Source: an uncultured virus (IMG/VR IMGVR_UViG_3300009161_006655) (Duplodnaviria; Heunggongvirae; Uroviricota; Caudoviricetes). From it: DNA of 64,000 nucleotides. Under the pieces are notes generated by a model. The model saw only the letters and a program-made list of their open reading frames with translations. It was not told where the DNA came from and did no database searches. Made by a program: the position numbers and the translations under genes. Positions 49,243 through 60,054 of this stretch are shown here, piece by piece (position 1 is the stretch's first letter; every line of letters begins with the position of its first letter). The stretch is taken from the IMG/VR virus record IMGVR_UViG_3300009161_006655; one strand, written 5' to 3'.

Positions 49243-49380
49243 ATTGTTTATATATGATATAAGTCAAATAGATTAAAAAAAGTTGTTAAAAAAAATAAGA
49301 AAATCATCGCTTTTCTTATATTAAGTTTTGGCTAATTAATTTAAAATTAAACTTTTCAACAAAAATCACTAATAATATGT

Positions 49381-50055
49381 GTGAGGGAATCTTTTACGGA
49401 ATATAAAAAAACATTAGAACAAAATCTAATGAGCATCAGCTATTTATATAATGGTGATGTTATTTCATCTCATGATTCCTGTTATATTGAAATTAAAAAC
49501 TCACCTCTCACATCGCCTAGTTTTATAATCAATAGTATAGTTAACGTATACCAAGAAAGTTTTGATATAATGGTGAGTAAATCAAAAGAATTTATTATTC
49601 CTCTTGAGTCTATAAATGATATAGGCAAAGATGTAAATATTTTTGATAAAATATCAGAATTAGGTATAAACCCTCTTTATGTTTTTTGTTCAGATAAAAG
49701 TAGAAAACTTTTTGGCATATCTAAAAATTTAAATAACACAAGTGCTTTCCCATCTTATTTTTATAACATAGATAAGTATATTGGAATAAATGTAGAAGTT
49801 TTTTATTCGCCCTTGGTAAAAGAGGAATCAGATGAGATGGTTTTGTATGTAGTTGATAAATCTATACAAAGTTTGGTTTATTCAATTCAAAATATGGATT
49901 ATAAAATAGAACAAAATGATAAAGATAATATAGAATGGAAACACACAATGGAATATAACTTATATGATTGTAGATTTAATTCTTATAGATTATCTGTTAA
50001 GAATTTATCTAAACTAAGAAATGATAAAATTAATAAAATACTAGATGGTAATTGA
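49381..50055 (+). CDS. hypothetical protein with C-terminal RNDKINKIL motif
   Basis: ORF track. Confidence 0.6.
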   Translation: MRESFTEYKKTLEQNLMSISYLYNGDVISSHDSCYIEIKNSPLTSPSFIINSIVNVYQESFDIMVSKSKEFIIPLESINDIGKDVNIFDKISELGINPLYVFCSDKSRKLFGISKNLNNTSAFPSYFYNIDKYIGINVEVFYSPLVKEESDEMVLYVVDKSIQSLVYSIQNMDYKIEQNDKDNIEWKHTMEYNLYDCRFNSYRLSVKNLSKLRNDKINKILDGN

Positions 50056-50425
50056 TATTTCTAAAGAGTCTTCTGGTTATTCTGAAAGTTACAAAGATGA
50101 TTATAAGTTAAAAAGTGGTAAGATATTTAATGAAATTAAAAATATCAATCAAAATATGAATAAAAAATATAATTATATTATAATTCCTGTTTCAATTTAT
50201 AATATAATTGAGTGTGATGATAGATTTAAACCTTATTCATTCGATATAGAGTCTGATTTAAGAAAGATTGGTGTGTTGGGTGATATAGAATGTTATTTAG
50301 ATATACACCTTCCTCCTGACCAAATATTAATATCTTGGGATAAACAAACAGCTCGTGATGTTAAAATTGATAATATATTAAACGGTATAGATGAAAAAGA
50401 AAAAAGAGTTAAGATTATATCTTAA
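50045..50425 (+). CDS. small protein resembling a T4 gp23 capsid C-terminal fragment, with RDVKIDNIL motif
   Basis: NYIII...IGVLGDIECYLD...DQILISW. Confidence 0.45.
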   Translation: MVIDISKESSGYSESYKDDYKLKSGKIFNEIKNINQNMNKKYNYIIIPVSIYNIIECDDRFKPYSFDIESDLRKIGVLGDIECYLDIHLPPDQILISWDKQTARDVKIDNILNGIDEKEKRVKIIS

Positions 50426-50435
50426 CTCTTTTTAG

Positions 50436-52280
50436 TTATTTATTTTTATAACTTTCAAACTTAGCTATTATCTTCTTGTTTGTGTTATCTATTGTCATTA
50501 AACTTTTTCTATCAGTTTTCATACCTTTAGAGGCTCCTGCTTTAAGAAACTCATCTCTTGTTACTTGAGTTGATTGTCCTTTTTTATTGACTAAATTATA
50601 TTCATAATTTTCATTTGTGTCTTGTCCTAATAATTCGACTCCTTTAGTATCATACTCAACTTGACCACCTTCTTTAGCAATATCAATCTTAGTCTTTAAA
50701 ACATTTACAAAGTCTTTAGCTAATATTTTAAGAACATCAACATACTTCTCTGTGTCATAAGCCATTTTAAGAGCTGCTTTATTATATTTTAGGAAGTTTA
50801 ATCCTGTTATATTAGTAATTGATGGATGACCACCTGAGTTTCTAATAATAAGTTCCCATGCTTGAATTTTAATATTACTTAAATAGAATTTTTGATCTGG
50901 AGTAAGATCATTGAATAAAGTATTCATATCAACTCTTAACTCAGGTTCATTGATATTAACATTAACAATTTTACTATCTTTCTTAGCATATAAACAATCT
51001 TTATAAAAAGCTTCTAAATCACTAAACTTAAATCCAACACCTTCATAGTCATCACCTTCAGCCTTAGCCATTGCTTTCCAATCTTGAGATGTTTCAAATT
51101 CTTTTTTAATTGATTCTAATGAAACATAAAATTTTTTAAGAATTGATTCGTGTTTAGCTAAAACTTCTTTAGCGATTTCACCTAAGTGAATTTCTTTCAA
51201 TACTTTTTCTTTGAACGGATTACAAGAAACTTGTAATAAACCCATTGGCCAAGCGATGCAATTAAAGTCAGCTTCAGGATTGTTTTTGAATACAACATAT
51301 CTATCATAAGAACCTGGCTTAATCATTGAACCACCACCATATTGAGTAACAATTTTATAATCCTCGTCAAAGTGAACACCTTTGCCAATTTGAGCACCTG
51401 TGTCTAACATTTTTTTATGTCTCCAGTTTGTTGGATCATAATCACTTACTTCACCGGTGCTTGGATCTTCAATAAATTTATAATTCTTCATTTTATCAAT
51501 GTAAGCATTTAAGTTATCGGTAATTTCTTCTGGTGTTGCCAATCTTCCTAACTTATCATTAGTTTTAGCATTGTTAATATAATTTTTAAGGTTATTAAAC
51601 ATTGAGTATAAACTACCAGTTGAATCTAAAGTTAAAGCTTCAAGTATATTTCTATTGATATGATTTCTTTTACCATCTAAAGATTTAGTTGTTATTCTTT
51701 TATTCTTGTAAGCTAATAATAATCTATTAACTACAAATCCCATCATAAATCTATTCTTAGTTGGAGAAACACTTCTGTCTGGAGAGAAGATTGCATTTTG
51801 AACATCTTCTGGTTTAATATTATTTGCTATAAAGTTAGCAGAGTCAACAGTTTTAATTAATTCAATATCTTCGTGTGTAAAAATATCTGAGTAAGATATC
51901 TCACCTGAAATAGTTTCAACATTTGAACGAGTTTGTTTGAAATAAGTAGATTGAGTTTCTTCAGCACCTGATTGTTTGTCATGATGGTCAGTTGCAATAT
52001 GGAACATTGGCTTACCGTGAGCAAAGTCAACAAGTACACAAAGATTTCCTTCTTTATGATGTTTAATAGCGTATTCTAAACCACCATATTGAATGATGTG
52101 ACAATCAACAGTTTCTATTTGATAGTAATTCTTTAAGAATTCTTTCATAGCGATAGCAGATGTAACACCATCTAAATCTTTGTGGAAATAAATTTCCGCA
52201 GTTTTGTAAAGCTTAGCTATCTTAGAAATGTTTTTAAGACCTACTTCTTCGTTTAGAAAGTTTTGATATTTTTTAATCAT
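50436..52280 (-). CDS. DHH-family phosphoesterase with capsid-targeting-like termini
   Basis: FHKDLDG, VDF, TDHH, SGGH; MIKKYQNFLNE and C-terminal IAKFESY. Confidence 0.8.
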   Translation of the reverse strand: MIKKYQNFLNEEVGLKNISKIAKLYKTAEIYFHKDLDGVTSAIAMKEFLKNYYQIETVDCHIIQYGGLEYAIKHHKEGNLCVLVDFAHGKPMFHIATDHHDKQSGAEETQSTYFKQTRSNVETISGEISYSDIFTHEDIELIKTVDSANFIANNIKPEDVQNAIFSPDRSVSPTKNRFMMGFVVNRLLLAYKNKRITTKSLDGKRNHINRNILEALTLDSTGSLYSMFNNLKNYINNAKTNDKLGRLATPEEITDNLNAYIDKMKNYKFIEDPSTGEVSDYDPTNWRHKKMLDTGAQIGKGVHFDEDYKIVTQYGGGSMIKPGSYDRYVVFKNNPEADFNCIAWPMGLLQVSCNPFKEKVLKEIHLGEIAKEVLAKHESILKKFYVSLESIKKEFETSQDWKAMAKAEGDDYEGVGFKFSDLEAFYKDCLYAKKDSKIVNVNINEPELRVDMNTLFNDLTPDQKFYLSNIKIQAWELIIRNSGGHPSITNITGLNFLKYNKAALKMAYDTEKYVDVLKILAKDFVNVLKTKIDIAKEGGQVEYDTKGVELLGQDTNENYEYNLVNKKGQSTQVTRDEFLKAGASKGMKTDRKSLMTIDNTNKKIIAKFESYKNK

Positions 52281-52696
52281 ATTAAATTTTGATCTGTTTT
52301 TCTATATATTAATATATTAAATGTATTATTTACATACGATTGTTTTTGTATATAAAGTTCTAATTCATCTAATCTTAAAGAAGCAACTTCAATTATTTCT
52401 TTAAATTCATTTGATTCCACAAATGATTGCAACTCTTGAGATTCATTCCACGGCGAACGATTAAATCTTTGTTCATGTGGTGTTGGTTTGCTAATTGAAA
52501 CTTGTATGTAAGGAATTAAACTAAAATACTTAAAAATAGATTTATTTGTGTCTTTGAAATCAAATAACTTTCTTAAAAATGAAACATCTACTTGCCAACC
52601 GTTGTCTGATATATCAGTGAATAAATATTCAATATCTTCTGGTGTTACACCGAACTCTAGTTCTTCACTACTTTCAAATGTTTTTAAGTATTTCAT
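52277..52696 (-). CDS. hypothetical protein with capsid-targeting-like N-terminus
   Basis: MKYLKTFES. Confidence 0.7.
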   Translation of the reverse strand: MKYLKTFESSEELEFGVTPEDIEYLFTDISDNGWQVDVSFLRKLFDFKDTNKSIFKYFSLIPYIQVSISKPTPHEQRFNRSPWNESQELQSFVESNEFKEIIEVASLRLDELELYIQKQSYVNNTFNILIYRKTDQNLI

Positions 52697-54087
52697 TATT
52701 TCTTACCAAATGGTTGTTTACCATATCCTTTTATGTCACCTTTACCATCACCTTTAGTTTCAGTTTCAAACTTAGTATCAAAGAAGTTATTATCATCTGT
52801 GATTACTTTAACTTCAGAATCTAAAGTAGCATAAGGTCCTAATTTACCAGAACGGAAAACACCACTAAACATATCACCATTTAAGTAACCATCTACAAAG
52901 TAACAATTTGTCAAATCAGATGATTCAACATTACAGTTAAGTATTTTTGAATTTAAACCAGATGATTGTTGTAATTTACATTTTGACAATTGTGAATTTT
53001 TAATTTCTGATGCAATAAAGAAACAATTTTCAAATATACCTTCACATTGACAATTTATCAAATCATATCCTTTAATAGTAGATGTTGATTTAATATTAGC
53101 ATCTACAACTTCTATTGTTTGTGTTGATGTAACATAGTTTATAATACACTCTTTTAATTCAGATGTTGAATCAATTATATTATAAAGTTTTAAATAAATA
53201 TTTGGATAGTAGGCAGTTATTAAATCATAAGAACTTGTTTGGTCAATTTGTAATTGAATAGTTGGAAAATCAACAATAAAGTTATCATATTTAGAAAAGT
53301 TCTTAAATACTGATATATTTTTTTCTAAGTGCTCTTCTAACTTATTAACATCTTCTGAGTCAAACTCAGCATCAACTGAATCAAATACATTAATAATAAA
53401 TCTATCCATAAAATAAATTAAATTACCTATATTCTTTTCATAGTCTTTACCACCAATATATCTTAACTCTAATCTTTGAGATTCCTTTTCGTTATTAATA
53501 TTCATGAAGTTTATACCATAATACTTATCATTTGGTGTTCTCAAGTTGTTTTTAACAACATTAATTGGAATATTAAAAAAATCATACTCTTTATAAGGAA
53601 TCATTTTCTTTACAGATTTAGCATAAACATTATCTTTTCTAGATGGGAATATTCTGTATATCTCATCTTCGTCTGTATTTAAAACTAGTTTAAGTATGTT
53701 TAGATCATTCAAATCTTTCTCACCATTAAATGATAAGTTAAAGTGAATAGATGATTTTTCATTTGTGTATCCATAAGTTTGAATAAACTTAATTATTTTA
53801 ACTAAATAATATTTAGCATCATAATAGTCTAATGGTCCAGTTACCAACTCAACCATGTTTGACCCACCTGATAAATCTGGTTCTATCTTAAAGTTCTTCT
53901 CATCTGGTGTAAAGTCAGAGTGATATTGTCTAAACCCCCACATTTTAACCGGAGTTAATTCTATGTTTAGCAGTTCTAATGTTTTATAATAGGATAAATC
54001 CTTCATATAAAACTCAAACTCAAAACCAACTCTGGCGAATTTTAACTTGTTTGATTGGTTTAGAAACTTATCTGAATATTTCTTCAT
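52696..54087 (-). CDS. amidoligase (COOH-NH2 ligase)-like protein with C-terminal beta-helix-like repeats
   Basis: GFEFEF, IEPDLS, ELVTGP, SIHFNLS, KYYGIN, LELR. Confidence 0.7.
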   Translation of the reverse strand: MKKYSDKFLNQSNKLKFARVGFEFEFYMKDLSYYKTLELLNIELTPVKMWGFRQYHSDFTPDEKNFKIEPDLSGGSNMVELVTGPLDYYDAKYYLVKIIKFIQTYGYTNEKSSIHFNLSFNGEKDLNDLNILKLVLNTDEDEIYRIFPSRKDNVYAKSVKKMIPYKEYDFFNIPINVVKNNLRTPNDKYYGINFMNINNEKESQRLELRYIGGKDYEKNIGNLIYFMDRFIINVFDSVDAEFDSEDVNKLEEHLEKNISVFKNFSKYDNFIVDFPTIQLQIDQTSSYDLITAYYPNIYLKLYNIIDSTSELKECIINYVTSTQTIEVVDANIKSTSTIKGYDLINCQCEGIFENCFFIASEIKNSQLSKCKLQQSSGLNSKILNCNVESSDLTNCYFVDGYLNGDMFSGVFRSGKLGPYATLDSEVKVITDDNNFFDTKFETETKGDGKGDIKGYGKQPFGKK

Positions 54088-54206
54088 ATCCTTATATATT
54101 AAAGTTTGTAGTTCAAAATTAAAATACTTTAAAAATAAAAGATATAAGGGATAATATGTTGTTTTATATATATTTCTAAGTAACTAAAAAATTAATATGT
54201 ATCTAA

Positions 54207-54596
54207 GTGGAATTCTTTTGCGTCTATTGTAAAACTAGGAAAAAGGTTGATAAATTTATCAAGGTTAACCGCATAAAAAATAAATACATTATCGATATTA
54301 AAAAGATAATGGAAGAAGAAGAGGTTAGCTTTGAAGATGATAAGATGTATCTTAAAGTTTTAATCTTTCAAAAGATACAACAAGCAATAGACAAAAAGAA
54401 AGATATCTACTACATACCCGACTTTGATAATGAGTTCTCAATCGAAAAGTTACTTAATCTTAAAAAAATACTTGGTGAAAACAATTTTAATGTTTTAATA
54501 TTCTACAATGAATTTAGAAAAAATCCCGAAGTAATTGATGATGTTTTTTCAAATCTTTCCAAATTTAGCAACAGTCAAATTATCCGCGATTATTAG
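54207..54596 (+). CDS. hypothetical protein
   Basis: ORF track (GTG start). Confidence 0.6.
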   Translation: MEFFCVYCKTRKKVDKFIKVNRIKNKYIIDIKKIMEEEEVSFEDDKMYLKVLIFQKIQQAIDKKKDIYYIPDFDNEFSIEKLLNLKKILGENNFNVLIFYNEFRKNPEVIDDVFSNLSKFSNSQIIRDY

Positions 54597-54648
54597 TTAA
54601 TTAGAGATAAACTAACATTTAATATATAATAAAAATTAAATTATTAAC

Positions 54649-56643
54649 ATGGCTAATAGAGCTCGTTTAGGTGGATCCCCATTAGGTCTTATTGGATTGA
54701 AGAGTTCGCCAGATATTAATGGCAATTCAACATTTAATGGTGGTAATTCACGAAATGTCAATGTGGCCAATTATAATAAGTCTATCGGTCCTAATGGTAA
54801 GGGTGGGGCTGTTTCTTTATTTACAGGTAAAAGAATAGTAAGAGCTTGGCCTAATATAGTGCCAAAACCTGCGACAATAATTGATGGTACTGGCATCGAA
54901 GTTTCCGTAAGTTCTTACGACACAAAAGGTCTTGGTGATGTTGATTATCCCGTATTAAATGATAAAGCTGCAACAAAAACAGAGGAGGCGGGCGATGGTA
55001 CAGTAAATAATGTTCCAGCGCCAATAGAAGCAAAAGGTGGTGCTGATAACTACATGCCTAAAGCTACTCTTCATAATAACACTATTTATGATACAAGTAT
55101 ATTGAATATAATTGAACAACTGGCTCCAACAAAAGCCGCTTTAAGACCTGCTGATTTTGCTTATTTAAAAAATGTTGGAGTTTATCCAAATAATCGACTT
55201 ATGATAGCAAGAAGATTTGCTGCTCCGTCGAATGATAATATAATGGTACCTAAAGGTGCAAATGAGATAGGTTCAATGGCGACTTTAATAAGTTGGTCAC
55301 CCGAAGGTACAGATTTTTTGGATTTTAATTTTGGTGAAGAGTGGGAAAACGCTGAAGCAGATTTCAAGGGAATTCTAAACTCTTTAGGTGAAGATATAGG
55401 ATTAGGTAATTTAGGAGGAATAGGCGGTGCAGCTGGTAATATTCTACCACTACCGGGATTTAGTGAAATTTTTCAAAGAGCATTCTTGGCAAAACTAGGA
55501 TTATTAGAAGAGACTTCTGCGAATGCTATCCCAGCAGGTAATCCAAACTTAATTAAGGCAGCTAAAATGAGGAAAACTATTGGGTACTCTCAAGCAGGAG
55601 CTGGTTTAAAAGCAACTTTTAATATAAAAATGTTATGTGAGTATGAATTAAAATACATATCTGGAATTGACCCATCTATTGTTTGGATGGACTTACTTGG
55701 TATGATATTAAGATTTGGTACTTCAAGTAGTGAAACTTATGGACTGAAGCCGGGTATTGCTGCAAAATTAATAGGATGGGCAAATAATCCAGACACTTTA
55801 ATTAGAGATGTTGTTAAATCTATCACCGATGCTTTGAAAAATGTTATAAAAAAGGTTGGGGATAAAATAAAAGAAATTTATAAAGCAGCTACTGAAGCTG
55901 TAGCAGAAGCGGCAAAAAAAGAAAAAGAAGAAGACCTTAAACCAAAAGAAAACGAAGACGGTTATGTAACACCATCTTCTCCAAAAGAAAGTGAATTGCT
56001 TCAACAAGCTGCCGATGCTGCAAAAAAGTTAAGCGAGGGTGCTCTTAAATCGTTAAGTGCGGTTGCTGGTAAAATAACAAGTGGTTTAGTTCAAAAGTAT
56101 AGAGTAAAGATAATAGGTATTGTTAATGCTTTATCAGGACTACCCTCTACACCATGGCACATAACTATTGGTAATCCAATGAGGCCAATGTTTTGTAGTG
56201 GTGATATGTTAGTAGATACTGTTACGGTAAAACTAGGACCTCAATTAGGTTTTAATGATTTGCCTTCAACTATAACGGTTGATTTTTCATTAACTAATGC
56301 TAGACCATTAGGTCTTCAAGAAATAATGGCTAAGTTTAATAGTGGATATCTTAGAACAGTTGACGTTCAGAAATCATTTTATGAAACTAAAACATTACCA
56401 GGAACCGGTAATTCAAAAACTGAACCTCTTGGTTTATTACCACTTGAAATTACACAAGATAATGTATTTAAACCTGGAAGTGCTTCGAATACAGGTGGTG
56501 CGAAGACGGAGGGTACTACGGGTGCTTCAACTAATACAGCAGGAGCGGCATCAGGATCAAGTGGTACAAGTGGATCTTCAGGTACAAGTGGTCTAAATAA
56601 AACAATAGTTGGTAATCCTGCCGATTTGGGTAATGTTGGCTAA
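54649..56643 (+). CDS. putative baseplate/tail structural protein
   Basis: WHITIGNP.RP...V.V..GP.LGFNDLP..I.V.F.L resembles a tube-initiator-type fold; next to a LysM-like wedge gene. Confidence 0.5.
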   Translation: MANRARLGGSPLGLIGLKSSPDINGNSTFNGGNSRNVNVANYNKSIGPNGKGGAVSLFTGKRIVRAWPNIVPKPATIIDGTGIEVSVSSYDTKGLGDVDYPVLNDKAATKTEEAGDGTVNNVPAPIEAKGGADNYMPKATLHNNTIYDTSILNIIEQLAPTKAALRPADFAYLKNVGVYPNNRLMIARRFAAPSNDNIMVPKGANEIGSMATLISWSPEGTDFLDFNFGEEWENAEADFKGILNSLGEDIGLGNLGGIGGAAGNILPLPGFSEIFQRAFLAKLGLLEETSANAIPAGNPNLIKAAKMRKTIGYSQAGAGLKATFNIKMLCEYELKYISGIDPSIVWMDLLGMILRFGTSSSETYGLKPGIAAKLIGWANNPDTLIRDVVKSITDALKNVIKKVGDKIKEIYKAATEAVAEAAKKEKEEDLKPKENEDGYVTPSSPKESELLQQAADAAKKLSEGALKSLSAVAGKITSGLVQKYRVKIIGIVNALSGLPSTPWHITIGNPMRPMFCSGDMLVDTVTVKLGPQLGFNDLPSTITVDFSLTNARPLGLQEIMAKFNSGYLRTVDVQKSFYETKTLPGTGNSKTEPLGLLPLEITQDNVFKPGSASNTGGAKTEGTTGASTNTAGAASGSSGTSGSSGTSGLNKTIVGNPADLGNVG

Positions 56644-56661
56644 AAAATAAAATAAAATAAA

Positions 56662-57159
56662 ATGAATATTACAAGTATAGTTGATGTAAATGATGATGGT
56701 ACTAATTATTGGAATCTTTTTTCACCTAATATTGGATTTAACACAAATGCTGATTTATATGAATATACTGTTCAAAAATATGAAGAAATGAGAATTGATT
56801 CTGTTATGTTATCTATGTACCCAGATTACAATGCTGTTCTTTCTGATTCTGATGTTATTTTATATATTAATGGAATAGACAATCCTCTTAATATAGTTGA
56901 AGGAATGACTATAAAATATCCACAATTTGAAATGTTAGATTCATTTAGAATATTTATTAGCAGTGATGTCAAAGTAGGTAAAAAAATTAGAGATATGCTA
57001 GCTGTTGCCGCTCCTAATAAGGGTACTAGAAAAGATAGTAGTAGACAAAAATTTGTTGAAAATAATTATCTATTACCTCCAGTTGTGTTGGATAAAACTA
57101 GAGATCCTGTTAGAACTGAAGATGGTAAAATTCTAATTGGTGGTATGAATAATAATTAA
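56662..57159 (+). CDS. baseplate wedge protein (T4 gp53/LysM-like)
   Basis: YTVQ..EEMRID...Y....D.ILYINGIDNPLNI.EG..I.YP. Confidence 0.65.
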   Translation: MNITSIVDVNDDGTNYWNLFSPNIGFNTNADLYEYTVQKYEEMRIDSVMLSMYPDYNAVLSDSDVILYINGIDNPLNIVEGMTIKYPQFEMLDSFRIFISSDVKVGKKIRDMLAVAAPNKGTRKDSSRQKFVENNYLLPPVVLDKTRDPVRTEDGKILIGGMNNN

Positions 57160-57168
57160 TTATAAAAA

Positions 57169-59538
57169 ATGGCAGATACTCCTAAAAAAGTTATTAGATT
57201 AATAGACAATATTAAATTAGAGCTTTACGAAGAAGGTAAGAAGAAGTATGCTCAAATCTGGGACCCTACTGGAAACAATACTTATAATGAAGGTGATGGC
57301 GGACCATCTGGTATTAAAAGTCCAGAAAGAAGTAAGAAGCTGTCGAGCGCCGATCCCGATGAAAATGTTATTCACTTGGCTATAGAAGAATCTCAAATAG
57401 TAGAATATTACAGATTAAAAGCAAAGAGAACAACTGCTGGTAAACTTGTAGATATAAAACCATATTTTACTTATTTACAAGATCCATTTAGTGAAACTCC
57501 TCCTCCTAAAAGAATATATGGTGGTGGTGGATTAGGAACTCCTGAAGTTGATAATGTTGGACCAACTCCTTATTATTTAAATAATGGATGTAAAGTAAAT
57601 ATAAAATGGACAGGAAGGGTTCCTAATCCGGATTTTAAATTAGGTAATTTTTCTACACCAACTGAGGCTGAGAGATATAATAAATCTTTAAAACCTGAAG
57701 GACCACCTAGATATTTATCTGATAGACCTATATTATCAGATATAGATAATATACATTCTAAACAAAGTTTAGATTCATATGGTGCTGTGGAAGAAGAAGG
57801 AAATCAAACACTAAGACCACAATCTGAATGGGTTTTAGAGACAGGTGGTTATGATCCAAGTTATTCAGAGTTAGGCGCAAGCGGTCAACAAATTATTGGT
57901 ATTACTTTTTCTGCTAAATATAGAGACACACCTATTGTTGAAAATAAGTTTGTCTCAATTACACTACCGACCGGATTTACTGAGAATGATGGTAAAGGAT
58001 ATTTAGAGTGTGTTGGTTTTTATGGTGGTAAAATACCTTTGATGTACAGTACTGTTCCAAAAGGAACAAGGTCTTTTCAGACTGAAACGAGGAATGTTAG
58101 TGTTTTGAAAAATTTTCCGGAATATCAAAAAGATGAAGATATTTTAAAGGATGTTATTAGGGGATATCAAGTTCAAGTTAGTAATCTTTATAATAATTCT
58201 TCTCCAAATGATTATGATTTAAAAGTTTGTTTTCCAGATACCGAACCATGTTCTTTAATACCTTATAAAAGTCCAATAGTGAGTTTATCAGAAGTTGGTG
58301 TCACGCCTAGTGCTGCGGTTAATACTCCAATTTTAACACCTAAAAAAGTTAAATTAAATGTTTTTGGATTACCAGGTGTCACCAGTCTTTCTGGTGAAAC
58401 TGATGGAACTATTAAAGTTAAAGTTAAAGTTAGTCTTCCTGATTTCACAGTTTATCTTGGTGATCCTCCAGGATCTACTAATTCTAATGCTAGTGGTCTT
58501 AATCCATTTGGATTAATTGAAGATGATGTTGAAAATCCAGATCCATACGAGGAAACTCCATTTATAGGATTAGAAGATGGTGGTCAAAACGCCATTCCAT
58601 TGATAACTCAAGATGAACAAACAGCTAATCAAAAACAACAAGAGGAAGTAGCTCAAAAACAAAATACAGAAGAAGCAGTTGCCTCGGGCACGGAAAAACT
58701 ACCAGATGGTTTAAAATCACTTGGAAAGTACAATTCAGAGTGTCCGGCTGACAGTGCTAAAGGCGGAGAGGTGAAACCAGGATTTAACAATGTTCCTTAT
58801 TATCAACAATTTGATTATCGATGGGCAAATGTTATATATGGTACGTCAGATGGTGGTGTTTTTATAGAAGCAAAAATACTACCAAGAATTTACCCAAAGC
58901 AAAACCCAAAGGGTTTAAGAGTTTCCGTTAATTGGGAGGGTAAACAACATATTGTTTACTGTGACCACTCTAAAGGTGATAACGGATGGTCTGATATACA
59001 TGGAGGTGGATGTGGTATAACAAGTTTTTCAATGGTGATAAACTATTGGGCTAAAAAGGGGAAAACGGGAGGCAAATTCACATCACCTGTTAAAATGGCA
59101 AAAATGGCTTGTGAGACCGGAGCTAGACCACCTTTACAAAATCGAGCGGCTAAGGGTCAGCCACCGAATATGGCAACAAGTGGTACAGGTCCAAATGGTG
59201 CGTTTTACAAAGCTATAAAGGAACATTTTAATTTAACAGCAAAAGGTCCGGTGACGACTGAGGTTGCTAAAAAACTAATACAAGGAGGAAATCCTGTTGT
59301 TTGGTGTGGATCTACTTTTGAAGGTATAACTGCTAATAATAAGAAAAGTCATACCTATCCGGGTCACTTTATAGTATTTACCGGATATGACTCAGGTAAA
59401 TGGAGAGTGAATGATCCGGGAGCAAATGTGGAAAGTGGTGGTATTTCATATTTTGATAAATTTGTAGGAGAAAGCGGATTTAAAAGCGCCAATGAAGGTA
59501 GATTCTATGTAGTCGGGCCACCTGATGTGGTTGTATAA
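57169..59538 (+). CDS. virion-associated protein with C-terminal C39-like peptidase domain
   Basis: VPYYQQ.D.RW, GCGITSFSMV, GHFIV, VNDP. Confidence 0.7.
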   Translation: MADTPKKVIRLIDNIKLELYEEGKKKYAQIWDPTGNNTYNEGDGGPSGIKSPERSKKLSSADPDENVIHLAIEESQIVEYYRLKAKRTTAGKLVDIKPYFTYLQDPFSETPPPKRIYGGGGLGTPEVDNVGPTPYYLNNGCKVNIKWTGRVPNPDFKLGNFSTPTEAERYNKSLKPEGPPRYLSDRPILSDIDNIHSKQSLDSYGAVEEEGNQTLRPQSEWVLETGGYDPSYSELGASGQQIIGITFSAKYRDTPIVENKFVSITLPTGFTENDGKGYLECVGFYGGKIPLMYSTVPKGTRSFQTETRNVSVLKNFPEYQKDEDILKDVIRGYQVQVSNLYNNSSPNDYDLKVCFPDTEPCSLIPYKSPIVSLSEVGVTPSAAVNTPILTPKKVKLNVFGLPGVTSLSGETDGTIKVKVKVSLPDFTVYLGDPPGSTNSNASGLNPFGLIEDDVENPDPYEETPFIGLEDGGQNAIPLITQDEQTANQKQQEEVAQKQNTEEAVASGTEKLPDGLKSLGKYNSECPADSAKGGEVKPGFNNVPYYQQFDYRWANVIYGTSDGGVFIEAKILPRIYPKQNPKGLRVSVNWEGKQHIVYCDHSKGDNGWSDIHGGGCGITSFSMVINYWAKKGKTGGKFTSPVKMAKMACETGARPPLQNRAAKGQPPNMATSGTGPNGAFYKAIKEHFNLTAKGPVTTEVAKKLIQGGNPVVWCGSTFEGITANNKKSHTYPGHFIVFTGYDSGKWRVNDPGANVESGGISYFDKFVGESGFKSANEGRFYVVGPPDVVV

Positions 59539-59548
59539 TATACTTTAC

Positions 59549-59580
59549 AAAAAAACCCACTCAAAATTGAGTAGGTTTTT
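59549..59580. terminator. bidirectional intrinsic terminator
   Basis: aaaaaacccactcaa-aa-ttgagtaggttttt. Confidence 0.75.
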
Positions 59581-59598
59581 ATTTCTAATTATTTCTAA

Positions 59599-59934
59599 TT
59601 ATTTCTTTGGTTCAGCCTTTTTACGAGGTTTTGAAACTGGTTTAGTTTCAACTTTCTCAGTAGCTGATTTAGTCTTAGCAGGTTTAGCTTTAACTGGTTT
59701 AGCAGTATCAGGTGTTTTTACCTTAGCTTTGATTTCCTTAGCTGTAACTTTTTTCTCAGTTGCTATTTCAGCAAGTCTAGTTTCGATTGCTTTTGTTGCT
59801 TTTTCAACATCAATTTTATCAATCTCAGCTTTTACCACTGCTTTAACAATAGGCTCAACCTTAGTTTCAATAACAGTTTCAATAGTTTCTTCAGCTTTAC
59901 CGAACCACTTTTTAAGTAATGATTTAATACTCAT
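59599..59934 (-). CDS. Lys/Ala/Pro-rich basic protein (histone H1-like tail)
   Basis: AKPVKAKPAKTK composition. Confidence 0.6.
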   Translation of the reverse strand: MSIKSLLKKWFGKAEETIETVIETKVEPIVKAVVKAEIDKIDVEKATKAIETRLAEIATEKKVTAKEIKAKVKTPDTAKPVKAKPAKTKSATEKVETKPVSKPRKKAEPKK

Positions 59935-60054
59935 AGTTTAGATTATTTTTTATTATATATACACTTCTTTAATCTCCCTCCATAAAAAACCTCAAAAAAA
60001 CCTCAAAATTCCCATTATTTAAACATAAGTTGTTATTTTATATATAATAGGAAG

